From a candidate division FCPU426 bacterium (GTDB lineage Bacteria > Oederibacteriota > Muellerivitia > Muellerivitales > Muellerivitaceae): DNA of 64,000 nucleotides. The DNA lies in the NCBI GenBank assembly GCA_963796105.1, contig CAWCKJ010000004.1:704001-768000 (forward strand), written 5' to 3'. Both the position numbers and the translations under genes were made by a program. A model generated the notes under the pieces. The model was not told the origin of the DNA. It did not search any database and was given only the letters and a program-made list of their open reading frames with translations. Positions 29,730 to 40,563 of this stretch are shown here, piece after piece (position 1 is the first letter of the stretch; every line of letters starts with the position of its first letter).

Positions 29730-30407
29730 ATGATCGATCCGCCCTCTTCATCCCCACTCTCTGACGATGCCCTTTTTTCCGAGCAATTGGAGCAGGAGAT
29801 GCCTTCCTCAAAGGAACTTTTCGAATTCCTCAAGGATTTCCTGACCCGAAGATGCAACCTGCCCGCGGAGCCGGTGAATTGGGAACCGGAGGGACTCGCT
29901 GACTTGCCCCTCGAAAAGAGCATCCTGTTTTCGGAGCCTTTCCCGGGACTTTTGGCGGTCCGTTCCGACCGGAGGTTCGATGACTTCCTGGAGGAAAGCG
30001 CCCATTCCGGCAAGCTTCCCCCGGTCCGGAGGGATGTTTTCCTTGAAATGACCGTCTTGATCTGGCATTTTTTCATCCAGAAATTCTGGAAATTGGACAG
30101 CCGAAAGATCACTCCCGCCAGCATCCAGTCCAGCGTGCCCATTCAATGGCCGGACCGGCAACCCCAATCAGCCTGCATGGCCTTCGTCAAGTCCCATCCT
30201 TTTGAGATGCGGTTGTGGAACCGCCTGACGGAGGAGGAGATCCGCCGCTGGAAAAAGAAGAATCTAACCCGAATTTCACCCATTTCAGGTGATAAAACCC
30301 TCAAGTCCTGTCGATCCTTCTTTTTCTTTGTTAAAATAATCCCCTCTTATTCCAAAACAGGACAAAGCCATTGGCCCTTTCAACCCCTAAAACCCCTGAA
30401 CACTTGA
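29730..30407 (+). CDS. Hypothetical protein, divergent CheX-like; paralog of 43863-44399
   Basis: Shared LPLEKS...GL..(V/L)R...WP..P...C...V..HP.E.R.W motifs. Confidence 0.6.
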   Translation: MIDPPSSSPLSDDALFSEQLEQEMPSSKELFEFLKDFLTRRCNLPAEPVNWEPEGLADLPLEKSILFSEPFPGLLAVRSDRRFDDFLEESAHSGKLPPVRRDVFLEMTVLIWHFFIQKFWKLDSRKITPASIQSSVPIQWPDRQPQSACMAFVKSHPFEMRLWNRLTEEEIRRWKKKNLTRISPISGDKTLKSCRSFFFFVKIIPSYSKTGQSHWPFQPLKPLNT

Positions 30408-32596
30408 ATCCTTTGGTTTTCCGTTTCCAGGATTTGATCGACAGTTCCGAGGACGGTGTCATCGCTTTTGACAGCGAATGCCGTTACACCCTCTGGAATC
30501 CCGCCATGGAGGCATTCACGGGTTATTCCCGGGACGAGGTCGTCGGGAAAATAGCCTTTGAGATCTTCCCCTACTTGAAGACCATGGGACTGGACAATCC
30601 CTTTTATGAGGCTTTGAAGGGAAACACCGTCGAGGTCAAGGAAACCTACTTCAAAAATGAAAGGGGCAAGGAGGTTTACCTGGAATCCAGGAATTTCCCC
30701 ATCCGAAGCGCCTCAGGAGAGGTGGTGGGAGGCTTCGCCATCATCCATAACGTCACATCCCGGAAAAAAACCGAGGAGGCCCTGAGGAAAAGCGAGGATA
30801 AATTCAGGAAGGTGTTTGAGGAAGCCCCCATCCCCATGCTCTTGATGCAACACCGCAAGCTGGTGGAAGTCAACAGGGCCCTTTGCGAAATGCTGGGATA
30901 TATTCCCGGGGACATGTTGGGAAGAATGCTTCACGACTTTATCCACCCGGACGATCATTCCCAAAGTGACGAGAAGGGCCAAGAACTAGCGGAAGGAAAA
31001 ATCCAACGCTTTCAGATGATGAAGCGCTATCTCCACAAGGACGGCCGTGTGATCTGGGGCAACGCCACCGCGACCGCGCTTCCCGATGGCATGAACGGGC
31101 AACCCATGGCCTTGGCCATGATCGAGGATGTAACGGAGCGGAAAAAATTCCAGGATGCCCTCCAAAGCTCCGAATCCAACCTCCGGGCCGTCTTCAATAG
31201 CGGCGCGCAAATGCTCGCCTTGATCGATAAGGATGGATTCCTGCGCGAGTACAACCACAACGCGGACGAATCGACCCGCCTCATGACCGGCCGGGGCTAC
31301 GAGAAAAACCATCTTTTCCTTGAATATGTCCCGCAGGACCTCCACCGCGCCTTTCAAGAGAGTTTTAAAAGGGTCCTGGAAGGAGAAACTATCACTGTGG
31401 AAAGATGCCTGCCCGACCGGGAAGGAAAACTCAAGTGGTTCGAGTTCACTTACCAGCCCATTCAAGACGGAAACGGCGGGATTACTGGCGTGTGCTTGAC
31501 GGCATTGTTGATTGATGAGCGGCGCCAGGCCCAACAGGCCCTCCAGGAAAGCGAGGAGCGCTACCGCCTCCTGGTGGATGTCCTGCCGGAGGCGGTGGTG
31601 GTGCATTCGGACGGAAAAATACTTTTTATCAACTCCTCGGGCCTCAAGTCCCTGGGGGCCAGCCAGCCTGAGGAAGTGGTGGGAAAATCGATCCTGGAAT
31701 TCCTCCATTTCGATTCCAAGCAAACGGCTCTCGCCCGGATCCGGGAAATCCAGGAGAAGGGCGGCACTCAGGATTTTATTGAGCAAAAAATAGTCCGGCG
31801 GGACGGCCAGGTCCTGGATGTGGAAACCAAGGGCGTCTCCCTCATCTACCAGGGGCGCCCCAGCGTCCTGACCATCATCCGGGATGTCACCGAGCGCAAG
31901 AAGAACCAGACCTTGTTTTTAAGATATGAGCGCTTGGCCGCGGTGGGCAAGGCGATCGCCGCCATCGCCCATGAGGTCCGCAACCCCCTGGCGGTGGTGG
32001 CTGGCACCACCGAGATTCTCCGTGAAAAAGTGAAAGGCCAGCCGGAATTAGCCCGCGAAGTCGCTGTTTTGATGGAACAAACAGGGAGATTGAAAAACTT
32101 TATCAATGACATCTTGGATTATTCAAGGGAAATGCCGGTTAAGAAGGGAACAATTGATCCAAAGAGCCTCTTGGAAAGATCCCTGAAACTAGTCCAGGCC
32201 CAGGCTGGCGAAACCCGGGAAGGGATCAAGATCGTATGGGGAATCGAAAAAGGACTTCCCAGGTTACAAGCGGATGGGGAACGCCTCGAGCAGGTTTTGG
32301 TGAATGTCATCTGGAACGCGCTCCAGGCCATGGAAAATAAAGGAACCTTGGCCCTTTCGGCCTACGCCCAAAACAACTACCTTTTCTTCGAGGTGCGGGA
32401 TACCGGCCCCGGCATCAACGAAACCCTTCTTCCCCACCTGTTTGAGCCTTTTTTCTCCACGAAAAAACATGGGACAGGATTGGGGTTGGCCATCAGCCAG
32501 AAAATCATGGAAGCCCATGGGGGCCTTATCGCTCTCCAGCGCGCGACTCCCCATGGCACGCGCTGTATCCTCCAGCTTCCACTCCAAAAAATCTGA
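30371..32596 (+). CDS. Multi-PAS sensor histidine kinase (cytoplasmic)
   Basis: Four PAS/PAC repeats, AHEVRNPL H-box, N, DTGPG, FEPF and GTGLGL boxes. Confidence 0.95.
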   Translation: MALSTPKTPEHLNPLVFRFQDLIDSSEDGVIAFDSECRYTLWNPAMEAFTGYSRDEVVGKIAFEIFPYLKTMGLDNPFYEALKGNTVEVKETYFKNERGKEVYLESRNFPIRSASGEVVGGFAIIHNVTSRKKTEEALRKSEDKFRKVFEEAPIPMLLMQHRKLVEVNRALCEMLGYIPGDMLGRMLHDFIHPDDHSQSDEKGQELAEGKIQRFQMMKRYLHKDGRVIWGNATATALPDGMNGQPMALAMIEDVTERKKFQDALQSSESNLRAVFNSGAQMLALIDKDGFLREYNHNADESTRLMTGRGYEKNHLFLEYVPQDLHRAFQESFKRVLEGETITVERCLPDREGKLKWFEFTYQPIQDGNGGITGVCLTALLIDERRQAQQALQESEERYRLLVDVLPEAVVVHSDGKILFINSSGLKSLGASQPEEVVGKSILEFLHFDSKQTALARIREIQEKGGTQDFIEQKIVRRDGQVLDVETKGVSLIYQGRPSVLTIIRDVTERKKNQTLFLRYERLAAVGKAIAAIAHEVRNPLAVVAGTTEILREKVKGQPELAREVAVLMEQTGRLKNFINDILDYSREMPVKKGTIDPKSLLERSLKLVQAQAGETREGIKIVWGIEKGLPRLQADGERLEQVLVNVIWNALQAMENKGTLALSAYAQNNYLFFEVRDTGPGINETLLPHLFEPFFSTKKHGTGLGLAISQKIMEAHGGLIALQRATPHGTRCILQLPLQKI

Positions 32597-32716
32597 ATCC
32601 CGCGGCAATCAAGCCATAAAACACGATTGGACCCGCGGCTAACGCATTTTGGGACTTTTTCAAGAGGCTTTATATAATAGACCTTTGAAGTAAGATTCTT
32701 CCCAAAGGCGGATGAC

Positions 32717-34840
32717 TTGTCTTCCACTACTGAAACGCCCACCCTCTCCCGGCTCAATCTGATTCTTCTACCCGTTTGGCTGATCCTGGCAAACTCCTTA
32801 TTGGCATTTGCCCCACTTGACGCTAAAACCAGGGGAATTCTTATTCTTTTAGTTCTAGTGGTTCCCCTCCTGATTGTCCTCAGGATTCCAAAAAAGTTCG
32901 CGAATATTCCGTCTCTCTCAAGGGAAGAATGGTTTTCCCCGACTCCCGCTTGGTGGATGTCCCTCCTTTTTTTCGCCGCGGTGGCGGTCCGCTTTTATCG
33001 TCTGACGTCCTTGACCAACTGGCCCCTGGAGGATGAGGCCCTGAACGGCCATTACGCGGTGGAACTGGCTGAACACGGCGTTTGGAAAATGACCTATGAT
33101 TTTTCCGGTATGCCTCCTTTTTATGTTTGGGGCCTCGGTTTGTTTTTCAAGGCCTTCGGCGTCTCTTTGACAACCCTTTGGCTTTTTCCCTCGCTTTTGT
33201 CCTGCTTTGGAATCCTTTTCGCCTGGCTGGGAGCCCGAAAGTTTTTCTCGCGGTCCTTTTCCCTTCTTTTCGCCTGCTTGATGGCCTTCAGTTTTTGGCC
33301 CCTTTACGCCGGAAGACTTTCCCTGGAGGGTGGATTGCTCCTCAATTGGGAATGCCTGGTCTTTTATCTTTGGGGAACTTTCGAAAAATCCCCGGTTCAA
33401 TACCGGGTCCGTTCGGCTTTAGTGCTTGGAATTGGCTCGGGGCTTGGTTTTTATACCTTTCCTTCCTGGGCGGTGGCGGCATTTCTCCTCACCCTGGTCC
33501 TTTTAAAGGAAACAATCTTTTCACCCCGCAGGGAATGGAAGACTTTTATTTATTTTTTCCTGCCCCAAGCCTTTTTTTTCCTCATCCTGACCCTCGCCAC
33601 TTTGCCCCAGAAAAGCGGCCATTACGCCAATGTCCTTCAAATCCCATGGGGGCCGGGATTCCCGGGTTTGAATGATTTTTTCACCCTCTTTTGGGGAAGC
33701 CGCCTCCCTTGGGACATCCTCGCTTACCGGCCTTTCTGGGGAGGATTCCTGAATCCGGTATTGGGAGGACTCTGTTTTTGGGGCGCAGCGTCTTACCTAA
33801 AACGAAGGGGTTTAAAGGCGGGCCTGATCGCGTTTATGGTTTTTTCCCTGTTGATGCTTCCGGGTTTTCTCACGGGGGGGCTGGACTCCCACCGGATCAT
33901 CCAGGTCCTTCCCTTCCTTTTAATTGCTTCGGCCTACGGCCTTTGCTCTCTCTTGGAAGCTTTTCCCAAATCCTCCAGGGCCTGGGTTGCCGCTGTAGTC
34001 ATATTCATTTCCGCTATCCTGGACTATCACCATCTTTTCTGCGTGATCGGGGATTATTGGAAACAGCCCCGCGGCTTATGGTTCGCATCCAAATCAGTGG
34101 AGCGCTGGCGCGCTTATGAAATCCTGAGGGATTTGAATCGAGAGGAAGGCCCCGGTTTCGTCCTGTCCGAACTGGTGCCGGACACCTTCGACCAGACCCT
34201 TTCGGTCATTGATTATCCTTTCAACGCCTGCGAGAACGATAAGATCATCCCAGGTTCCTGCCGGTGGGCGGCCCTGCTTGCCAACATTCATTACCAACCT
34301 TATCTCCAGGGTCAATTTCCCGAGGCGAAATGGTTCTGGCTCGCCTCCGACGTGGGGCGCCCCGACGGGGGAATCATGTTGGGCTTGATCCCCCTTCCCT
34401 CCTCCCATCCCGGAATGATCAACCGCTGGATCGCGGCCGACCGCCAGGTCCACGGCCTGGCAGGGGCGGTCTATGACAACCACGATTGGAAACCCCGCGC
34501 GCCGGTCATCGAGGCCCTGTTTCAACGGTTTGGGTATTTCAAGGATGATCCCTTCTTGGAATCATGCTTCTTTGAGAAAATCGCCGAAAATGACTACAAG
34601 GACCGCCTTTTTGGACCCCAGTTGGAAGCCATCCGGCAGGCGCTGGATCGCGGAATACCCGCGGCCCACCTCTTTAACGCATTAGGGTCCCTGTACCTGC
34701 GGCGGGGAAACTTGAGGGAAGCGCGGAATGCCTTTGAGAAAGCCCTGCGATGCAAACCCAACCACACCTCCGCTTCCGAGGGCCTCAAGTTGTTGGATCA
34801 AATGGAAAAGACAGGAAAACCCCCAATGGGGGTTTTGTAG
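32717..34840 (+). CDS. GT39/PMT-ArnT-like glycosyltransferase with C-terminal TPR
   Basis: RFYRL...WPLEDE loop, many TMs, WGGFLNP, terminal TPR (AHLFNALGSLY). Confidence 0.75.
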   Translation: MSSTTETPTLSRLNLILLPVWLILANSLLAFAPLDAKTRGILILLVLVVPLLIVLRIPKKFANIPSLSREEWFSPTPAWWMSLLFFAAVAVRFYRLTSLTNWPLEDEALNGHYAVELAEHGVWKMTYDFSGMPPFYVWGLGLFFKAFGVSLTTLWLFPSLLSCFGILFAWLGARKFFSRSFSLLFACLMAFSFWPLYAGRLSLEGGLLLNWECLVFYLWGTFEKSPVQYRVRSALVLGIGSGLGFYTFPSWAVAAFLLTLVLLKETIFSPRREWKTFIYFFLPQAFFFLILTLATLPQKSGHYANVLQIPWGPGFPGLNDFFTLFWGSRLPWDILAYRPFWGGFLNPVLGGLCFWGAASYLKRRGLKAGLIAFMVFSLLMLPGFLTGGLDSHRIIQVLPFLLIASAYGLCSLLEAFPKSSRAWVAAVVIFISAILDYHHLFCVIGDYWKQPRGLWFASKSVERWRAYEILRDLNREEGPGFVLSELVPDTFDQTLSVIDYPFNACENDKIIPGSCRWAALLANIHYQPYLQGQFPEAKWFWLASDVGRPDGGIMLGLIPLPSSHPGMINRWIAADRQVHGLAGAVYDNHDWKPRAPVIEALFQRFGYFKDDPFLESCFFEKIAENDYKDRLFGPQLEAIRQALDRGIPAAHLFNALGSLYLRRGNLREARNAFEKALRCKPNHTSASEGLKLLDQMEKTGKPPMGVL

Positions 34841-34966
34841 CTTTGTCCTGTTCGCCGTTTCCTCGTTGAAATGCGTTTCATTTATCGGGAAATGAAATGC
34901 CCTTCCCTTTATTGGAGTTGTGAACTATTCCTCAAATTCCCTTGAAATTAAATATTTTTGTAAAAC

Positions 34967-35223
34967 TGAAACCTCTGAAAAACTAAAATAAAGCGGCAAA
35001 CAGAGGTTTCGACCCCAAAGATTTCCGCAGGATTTGGTTTTGCGGGTACATAGGGGATTTTCCCTATGTACCGATTCTTCAATAAAAGCAGTTAAAGAAA
35101 TCGGTACAATACCGACCCCCCTAACAGTTTTATGGAGGGTCGGCATGAGCGCTTTCAAATCGGGGGTTACCTTCAATGGTTGCTGAAAAAGTTGGCGATA
35201 AGCCGACTTTTTCAGTGGTTACA
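34967..35223 (+). repeat. Modular multi-hairpin element, short form
   Basis: Ends TGAAACCTCTGAAAAA / TTTTTCAGTGGTTACA; closely related to 37880-38242; contains double-hairpin copy 3 (35068-35146). Confidence 0.88.
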
Positions 35224-35373
35224 AACTGTTAAAATGCCCGAAAAAATCCTGAAATTTAAGCTTTGTTTTATTATCATTCTTTTTTCTCCTATCGGCCCAG
35301 GCGCGGAAATCCGCTGAAAAATAATGAAGCCAGAGGTTCTTTCTTGAAACCAACACCCTTTCAACCAAGCGAC

Positions 35374-36816
35374 ATGCCATCGGAGATCACTTTTGTCTCC
35401 CTTCCAAAAGCCCTGGCTCAATTCCACCATTTGCCGGAGCATGTGCCGGTTTGGCTTCATAAATTGAAGGAAACCAAAAAACAAGGCTACGATTTTGATT
35501 CGGGCGCCGGGGCGATGGAAGACCTCTTGAGAACGGTGCCGAACGTGCCGGGAGCCTTTCTCTTCCGTCTCTTCGTGAGACGTTGGCCCAAACTCCGCGC
35601 TGTCAATCCCCTCTTGGAGGCCGACCGCGTCGCCGAGGCCATTCCGGGCCTCGTGGAGGCGTTGGACATTGATCCCGAGTGTCCCATTACCTGTTTCCAG
35701 CTGGGTTACTGCTTCCGGGCGACGGGTGAGTTGGAAAAATCCGAGTCCTTTTATAAGCAGGCCCTCCGCATGGCGCCTGACGCCGGCTGGATCTACAGCA
35801 ATTTGGGCCGGACCTACCTGGCCATGGCCGCCAGGGACAAAGCATTGGAGGCTTTCTGGAAGGCCCTGGAACTTCTTCCGGGGGACCAGTTTGTGTTGGA
35901 ACAACTTGTTCTCCTGGGGGAGCTTTATATCATTCCAAAGGGAACAACTGGAAATAGAAAAAGCCTCCAATACGTGCGCAAGGCCGATTACGAAAAGGAA
36001 AGAAGAAAAGCCCTCGAGGGTGAGAAAAGCCCGGAAGGCCTGGTGAAATTGGGATGGACCCTTTTAAGGGACCACCTTCCAGCGCTGGCTGGCCAAAGTT
36101 TCGAGAAGGCCCTCCAGGTGAAACCCGAGACTTCGGAAGCTTTCCTGGGCGCCGGCATCTCCCGCTTGGAGGAGGGCCGATACCGGGAAGCTGAGAAGTA
36201 CCTGCTGGAGTACCTGGATTTGGAGCCGGGTTCCGCCACCGCGCACCTTAATCTTTTCAAGGCTTATTTGGCGATGGAGGAGGCGGAGTTGGCCTGGGAG
36301 GAGATACAATCAGCGGCCATGCTGGATCCCGACCGGCTGGAGGTTTTGCGCCAGCTTTACTTCCTCTACGTGAAAGCTGATAGGGCGGAGGAAGGGTTGA
36401 AATGCCTGGAAACCCTCGAGCGGGAAAAACCCGCCAGCTACGGCCCCTCGTTGGTGAGGGCTCAGGCTCTCGCCGAGTTGGATCGTTGGGAGGAAGCTGA
36501 AAAATCCCTGAGGGAGGCCTTGACCCGGTCTCCCCGCAATGAGGAAATCCTTCTTTTTTACACTTCGGAACTGGGAAAACGGGGAAAGAGGGAGGACGTG
36601 ATCCGAATCATCCAGGGGGAACCCAAGCCTCATTCCCTGGGCCTGACGATCAACCTGGCGCTGGCATTAGGACAAAACGGCCGTTTTGCCGAGGGGAAGA
36701 AAGTCTTGGAGGAATTTCTCAAGCAATCTGGTCTTTCCCGCCAGGATCGAAAAGGGGCGGAGGAGATTCTCAGGGAATTCGAAAAAGGCGGAAAGAAGGA
36801 AAAAAAGGACTCCTGA
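35374..36816 (+). CDS. TPR repeat protein
   Basis: Multiple TPR consensus repeats (e.g. YSNLGRTYLAM, AFLGAGISRL). Confidence 0.85.
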   Translation: MPSEITFVSLPKALAQFHHLPEHVPVWLHKLKETKKQGYDFDSGAGAMEDLLRTVPNVPGAFLFRLFVRRWPKLRAVNPLLEADRVAEAIPGLVEALDIDPECPITCFQLGYCFRATGELEKSESFYKQALRMAPDAGWIYSNLGRTYLAMAARDKALEAFWKALELLPGDQFVLEQLVLLGELYIIPKGTTGNRKSLQYVRKADYEKERRKALEGEKSPEGLVKLGWTLLRDHLPALAGQSFEKALQVKPETSEAFLGAGISRLEEGRYREAEKYLLEYLDLEPGSATAHLNLFKAYLAMEEAELAWEEIQSAAMLDPDRLEVLRQLYFLYVKADRAEEGLKCLETLEREKPASYGPSLVRAQALAELDRWEEAEKSLREALTRSPRNEEILLFYTSELGKRGKREDVIRIIQGEPKPHSLGLTINLALALGQNGRFAEGKKVLEEFLKQSGLSRQDRKGAEEILREFEKGGKKEKKDS

Positions 36817-36837
36817 TTTAAGGCCCCTCCGCCGGGA

Positions 36838-37038
36838 TTAATTCTTTTTAATCATCCAGGGATTTTTAAAATCAAAAGACTTTTTCCCGGAGCGGCTGAA
36901 AAGTCTTTTTTTCAAATCCCGGAAAAACTTGACCCCTTCAACATGATAATGAAACTTTCTAGCGTCATTCTTTCCAGGATGGGCCAAACGGCGCGCTTTC
37001 CTTTCCTGAAGGGGGATGGACGGTGCGTTTTTTTTCAT
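36838..37038 (-). CDS. Small basic hypothetical protein
   Basis: AAGGA RBS; 66-aa ORF co-oriented with the PAP2 gene. Confidence 0.45.
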   Translation of the reverse strand: MKKNAPSIPLQERKARRLAHPGKNDARKFHYHVEGVKFFRDLKKRLFSRSGKKSFDFKNPWMIKKN

Positions 37039-37107
37039 GGATTTTCCTTACCTTAACTGTTCTGAGTGTTGGTGTAGTCGTTTTTTGAGATGGGTTTTAG
37101 AAGGTGT

Positions 37108-37653
37108 TTAAGAGATTACAGATGCCAGGCCCATGGCCATCCAAAGACCCGCCTGAGCCGTTAATAAACCTAGAACCATCCCGGCTAATACATCCGTCGG
37201 ATAATGAACCCCGAGATAGACCCGGGAAAACCCCACCATCGCCGCCCAAATAAACACGGGCAGGGCGAGGATGGGAAAAGCCGCGGAAACCAGGGCCGCC
37301 ATTAAAAATGCGGCGGCGGTATGCCCGGAGGGAAAGCTGAACTCATCCGGAGGGGCGATCAGGAATCGGTGACCTAGTTTCCGGAAAGGCCTGGGGCGCT
37401 TGATATTCTTTTTCACCAAATAATAAAGGGACAATTCCATGGCAAAAGCAATCACGGAGGCGAGAACATAAATTTTTCTTGTTGGATCAATCAAGACCCA
37501 GGCCAAGCTGATGAGGGCGAAGTACACCCCATCCGCGCTCCGGGACAAACCGTAAAAGAATTTTCTCCAGGATTTCCGCTCTATATCCCCGAATATCCTT
37601 TTGAATACCTTCAGGTCCCATTGGGTAACTTGTTGTAGGAGTATTTGTACCAT
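37108..37653 (-). CDS. PAP2 family phosphatase
   Basis: K...KRPRP, SFPSGH, SRVYLGVHYPTDV. Confidence 0.95.
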   Translation of the reverse strand: MVQILLQQVTQWDLKVFKRIFGDIERKSWRKFFYGLSRSADGVYFALISLAWVLIDPTRKIYVLASVIAFAMELSLYYLVKKNIKRPRPFRKLGHRFLIAPPDEFSFPSGHTAAAFLMAALVSAAFPILALPVFIWAAMVGFSRVYLGVHYPTDVLAGMVLGLLTAQAGLWMAMGLASVIS

Positions 37654-37879
37654 AAACCTTATCCTTTAATTTTGTTCAAATATATATTTTTGATGTTTCG
37701 CCCGTGTAAATCACTCGTTAGGAATATGAAACTTCACGTTGGGCGGTTTACCTTCAAAGGTATAAGCTGTTTCTGAACACCCATGGGTGGGATAGGCGTG
37801 TTTTCCTTGGCTTGAACGGATACAGTTTCCAGTTTGGGCGCGGGCAGGGGGGATAGCAAGACATCCGGAGAAATAAACC

Positions 37880-38242
37880 TGAAACCCCTGAAAAACTATC
37901 AAAAAGCGGCCAACAGAGGTTTCGACCCCATGCCGATTTCTATTGAAACCTAAAAGAGATCGGCATAGTCCTGAATTCCATCGCGTTAATACGCGATGGA
38001 GGACAAAGATTTCCGCAGGTTTTGGTTTTGCGGGTACATAGGGGCACTTCCCTATGAGTTCGTTGTACATATGGGATTTTCCCTATGTACCGATTCTTCA
38101 ATAAAAGCAGTTAAGGAAATCGGTACAATACCGACCCCCCCTAACAGTTTTATGGAGGGTCGGCATGAGCGCCTTCAAATCGGGGGTTTCCGAAAATTTT
38201 TTCTGAAAAAGGAGGCGATAGCCGGCTTTTTCAGAGGTTACA
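37880..38242 (+). repeat. Modular multi-hairpin element, long form
   Basis: Same ends and module order as 34967-35223 plus extra hairpins at ~37930-38004 and ~38037-38056; contains double-hairpin copy 4 (38087-38166). Confidence 0.88.
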
Positions 38243-38298
38243 ATTTATTATTTTAGACATTTAAGGAAATCCGCCTAACCAAAATTAGGGACCACAAT

Positions 38299-40419
38299 CT
38301 ATTTACCGACCCCGCTTTTACCCGTTGGCTGGCTCAATTTATCTATCAACTCCAAGTTTTTAGAAGCCCATGTTTGATTCACTGGCGCTTGAAGCGCTGC
38401 TTTGAATTCTTGCTTAGCCCCTTTTAAGTCTCCTTGCCAAACTAACAAAAGCCCAATTTCGTTATAAATATGCGCCGCTGGATAGCCGGTTAAGGCCAAT
38501 CTTAAGGCTTTGAGTGCGGAGTCAAATCCTATAGAAGGATCCCTGAAAGTGTAAAAAGCGATTTTATTTCCCCATTCTGATATTAAAAATGGGTCTCCCA
38601 TCCATTGGTTCTCTGTACCCACAAAATGATTCACGATACTCCCCAAAGATTGGTGCGGTATGAGATCCATGTATTCATCATCTATCGCCGCAAAGGTGCG
38701 GTCCGCTTTCAGCCAAGCTTCTAGCGTGGTCCGGTTGGCCTGGTTAAAAGGGATCCATCCAAGCACCATTCCGCCATTTTCGTCGGGCAGGTCGGGACAC
38801 AGCCAGATCCAACGGGAGTTGGAAAATCGGCTTTCAAGGAATGGTTGGTAATTATGGTTAGTCAACACCGCCACTTCTTGCACATTTCTTGTTTCCGGGC
38901 CTGTTTTGTTTGCGTTATCCAGGGGGTAGGTCACCACTTCCAAGGTATGGTCGTTGTAAGTATTGTAAAAATGACTTAGAAACCAAAACTTCTTTCCCTT
39001 CTCGGCTTCGGAGGTTAATAGTTGATAAGCGCGATTAAATTCAATATACCTCCAATGATCCATATTCCGTGAGTAAACCGCCCAATCCTGGTAAGGTCCC
39101 AAAAAATGATAAGTGTCCAAACCAGCCGAAAGAAATAATATGATTCCGGTCGCTATCATGCAGTATTTTTTCTTGGCCTTCATGGAGACTATAAGGACTT
39201 GTGCCCCAAAGGCTGAAACTACAATCAAAAGGGGGAAAATTAAAGTGATCCGGTTTAATTCCAAATGGCTGGTCAACGCGCCAGGTATGAAAAAAAGAAT
39301 CCCGGCTAACAAGAACCATTGAACCAAACGTTTTATTTTCCATCGAGCGCACTCTACCACACCCACCCAAAACAAAGATCCCATGATGCTGTTCAAAAGT
39401 CCTCCCCAACGGGGACCATAAGGCGCGCTTCCAAATCCGTAGAAAAATATTGATATAAAATACTCATGCGCCTTATGCCAATCGAACAAATCCCGCACAT
39501 AAAGCATTCCGTTTTCGGACAACCTCTCTACCAGCATGGGAAATGCCACGCACAAAAGGATGAATAGGGTCAAAAGGGCAATTTTCCCGTTTTCCAATGA
39601 TATTGAACCTCTACGGAACAAGAGACTGACCAGGGCCGCCGCCACCATCATGACCCACGGGGTATATATGTATAAACCTATCCCAAGAACAATCCCTAAT
39701 GTAGCTGCGTTCAGCCATGGCCACCTTAGGGGACTTTTCAAGCAAGTTCCCAACGGGACCAACGCCAGGAACTGCCACAACATCATTAACTCAACCATAT
39801 GGCAACGCCTGGAACAGGCGAGGGACCAAAAATTAAAGGCCAGCAAAACCACAGCTAAAAAGGAAAAGGAACGTGAAAAAAATTGGCGGGAAGCCCAATA
39901 ACCCGTCAAGACCGTCAAGATGGAAACGAGAGCAGGAAAAACCCTTATCGATAAAAACGAAATATGAAACACCTTGAAATACAACGCTAATGTCCACACC
40001 AAGAAAGGTTCCACTTGTCCGTCGCCGAATAAAAGCCGGTTATCCCATTGATGGGCTAGTTTCATGGCGTAATAGGCAAACATTCCCTCATCGCCCACGG
40101 GCCAAAAAGGGATTTGAGTAAGTTTGTAAAATCGGGACAGGATCAAAAGGAAAACAAACAAAAGCCATACCGCGGGTGTCGGAAGAGGAAGAAATTCTTT
40201 TTCCCAAGGTAGCCCCTGGTCTCTATACATCGGGTTGGATTCCGCCTGGGACGAAAGAATTCCCCAAATCACCGGAACAGCTATACCCAATAAACCAAGC
40301 CACAAGTTCTCCGTCAGGCTTAAACGGTCATAGGAAACGAGGCTGATTGATATTAAAAGAACGAAAAACAGGACCCAAGGACGGTAAGGCATGCATTTGA
40401 TTATATTGTTTGCGTTCAT
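38299..40419 (-). CDS. GT39/PMT-like glycosyltransferase with C-terminal TPR (paralog)
   Basis: RFYKL...WPVGDE, WGGLLN, HNYQPFL, AAHIYNEIG shared with 32717. Confidence 0.75.
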   Translation of the reverse strand: MNANNIIKCMPYRPWVLFFVLLISISLVSYDRLSLTENLWLGLLGIAVPVIWGILSSQAESNPMYRDQGLPWEKEFLPLPTPAVWLLFVFLLILSRFYKLTQIPFWPVGDEGMFAYYAMKLAHQWDNRLLFGDGQVEPFLVWTLALYFKVFHISFLSIRVFPALVSILTVLTGYWASRQFFSRSFSFLAVVLLAFNFWSLACSRRCHMVELMMLWQFLALVPLGTCLKSPLRWPWLNAATLGIVLGIGLYIYTPWVMMVAAALVSLLFRRGSISLENGKIALLTLFILLCVAFPMLVERLSENGMLYVRDLFDWHKAHEYFISIFFYGFGSAPYGPRWGGLLNSIMGSLFWVGVVECARWKIKRLVQWFLLAGILFFIPGALTSHLELNRITLIFPLLIVVSAFGAQVLIVSMKAKKKYCMIATGIILFLSAGLDTYHFLGPYQDWAVYSRNMDHWRYIEFNRAYQLLTSEAEKGKKFWFLSHFYNTYNDHTLEVVTYPLDNANKTGPETRNVQEVAVLTNHNYQPFLESRFSNSRWIWLCPDLPDENGGMVLGWIPFNQANRTTLEAWLKADRTFAAIDDEYMDLIPHQSLGSIVNHFVGTENQWMGDPFLISEWGNKIAFYTFRDPSIGFDSALKALRLALTGYPAAHIYNEIGLLLVWQGDLKGAKQEFKAALQAPVNQTWASKNLELIDKLSQPTGKSGVGK

Positions 40420-40563
40420 CGGGCTTAATGCCTTTTAAATGTGTTTAGGTTTCAATTTCGTCTTCATGTACAGGTTAAATCCTTGGGAGAAATTGACATT
40501 AACAATGGTGTTTAGAAACACCCGCATTCAGCCGTTCCCATGGAAATTCACTTAACAGAATTT

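Noticed and set aside
37711..38256. ORFs at 37711-38070, 37996-38256, 34925-35176 and 35132-35317
   Set aside because: They lie within the non-coding hairpin elements and their frames are not conserved between the two copies.
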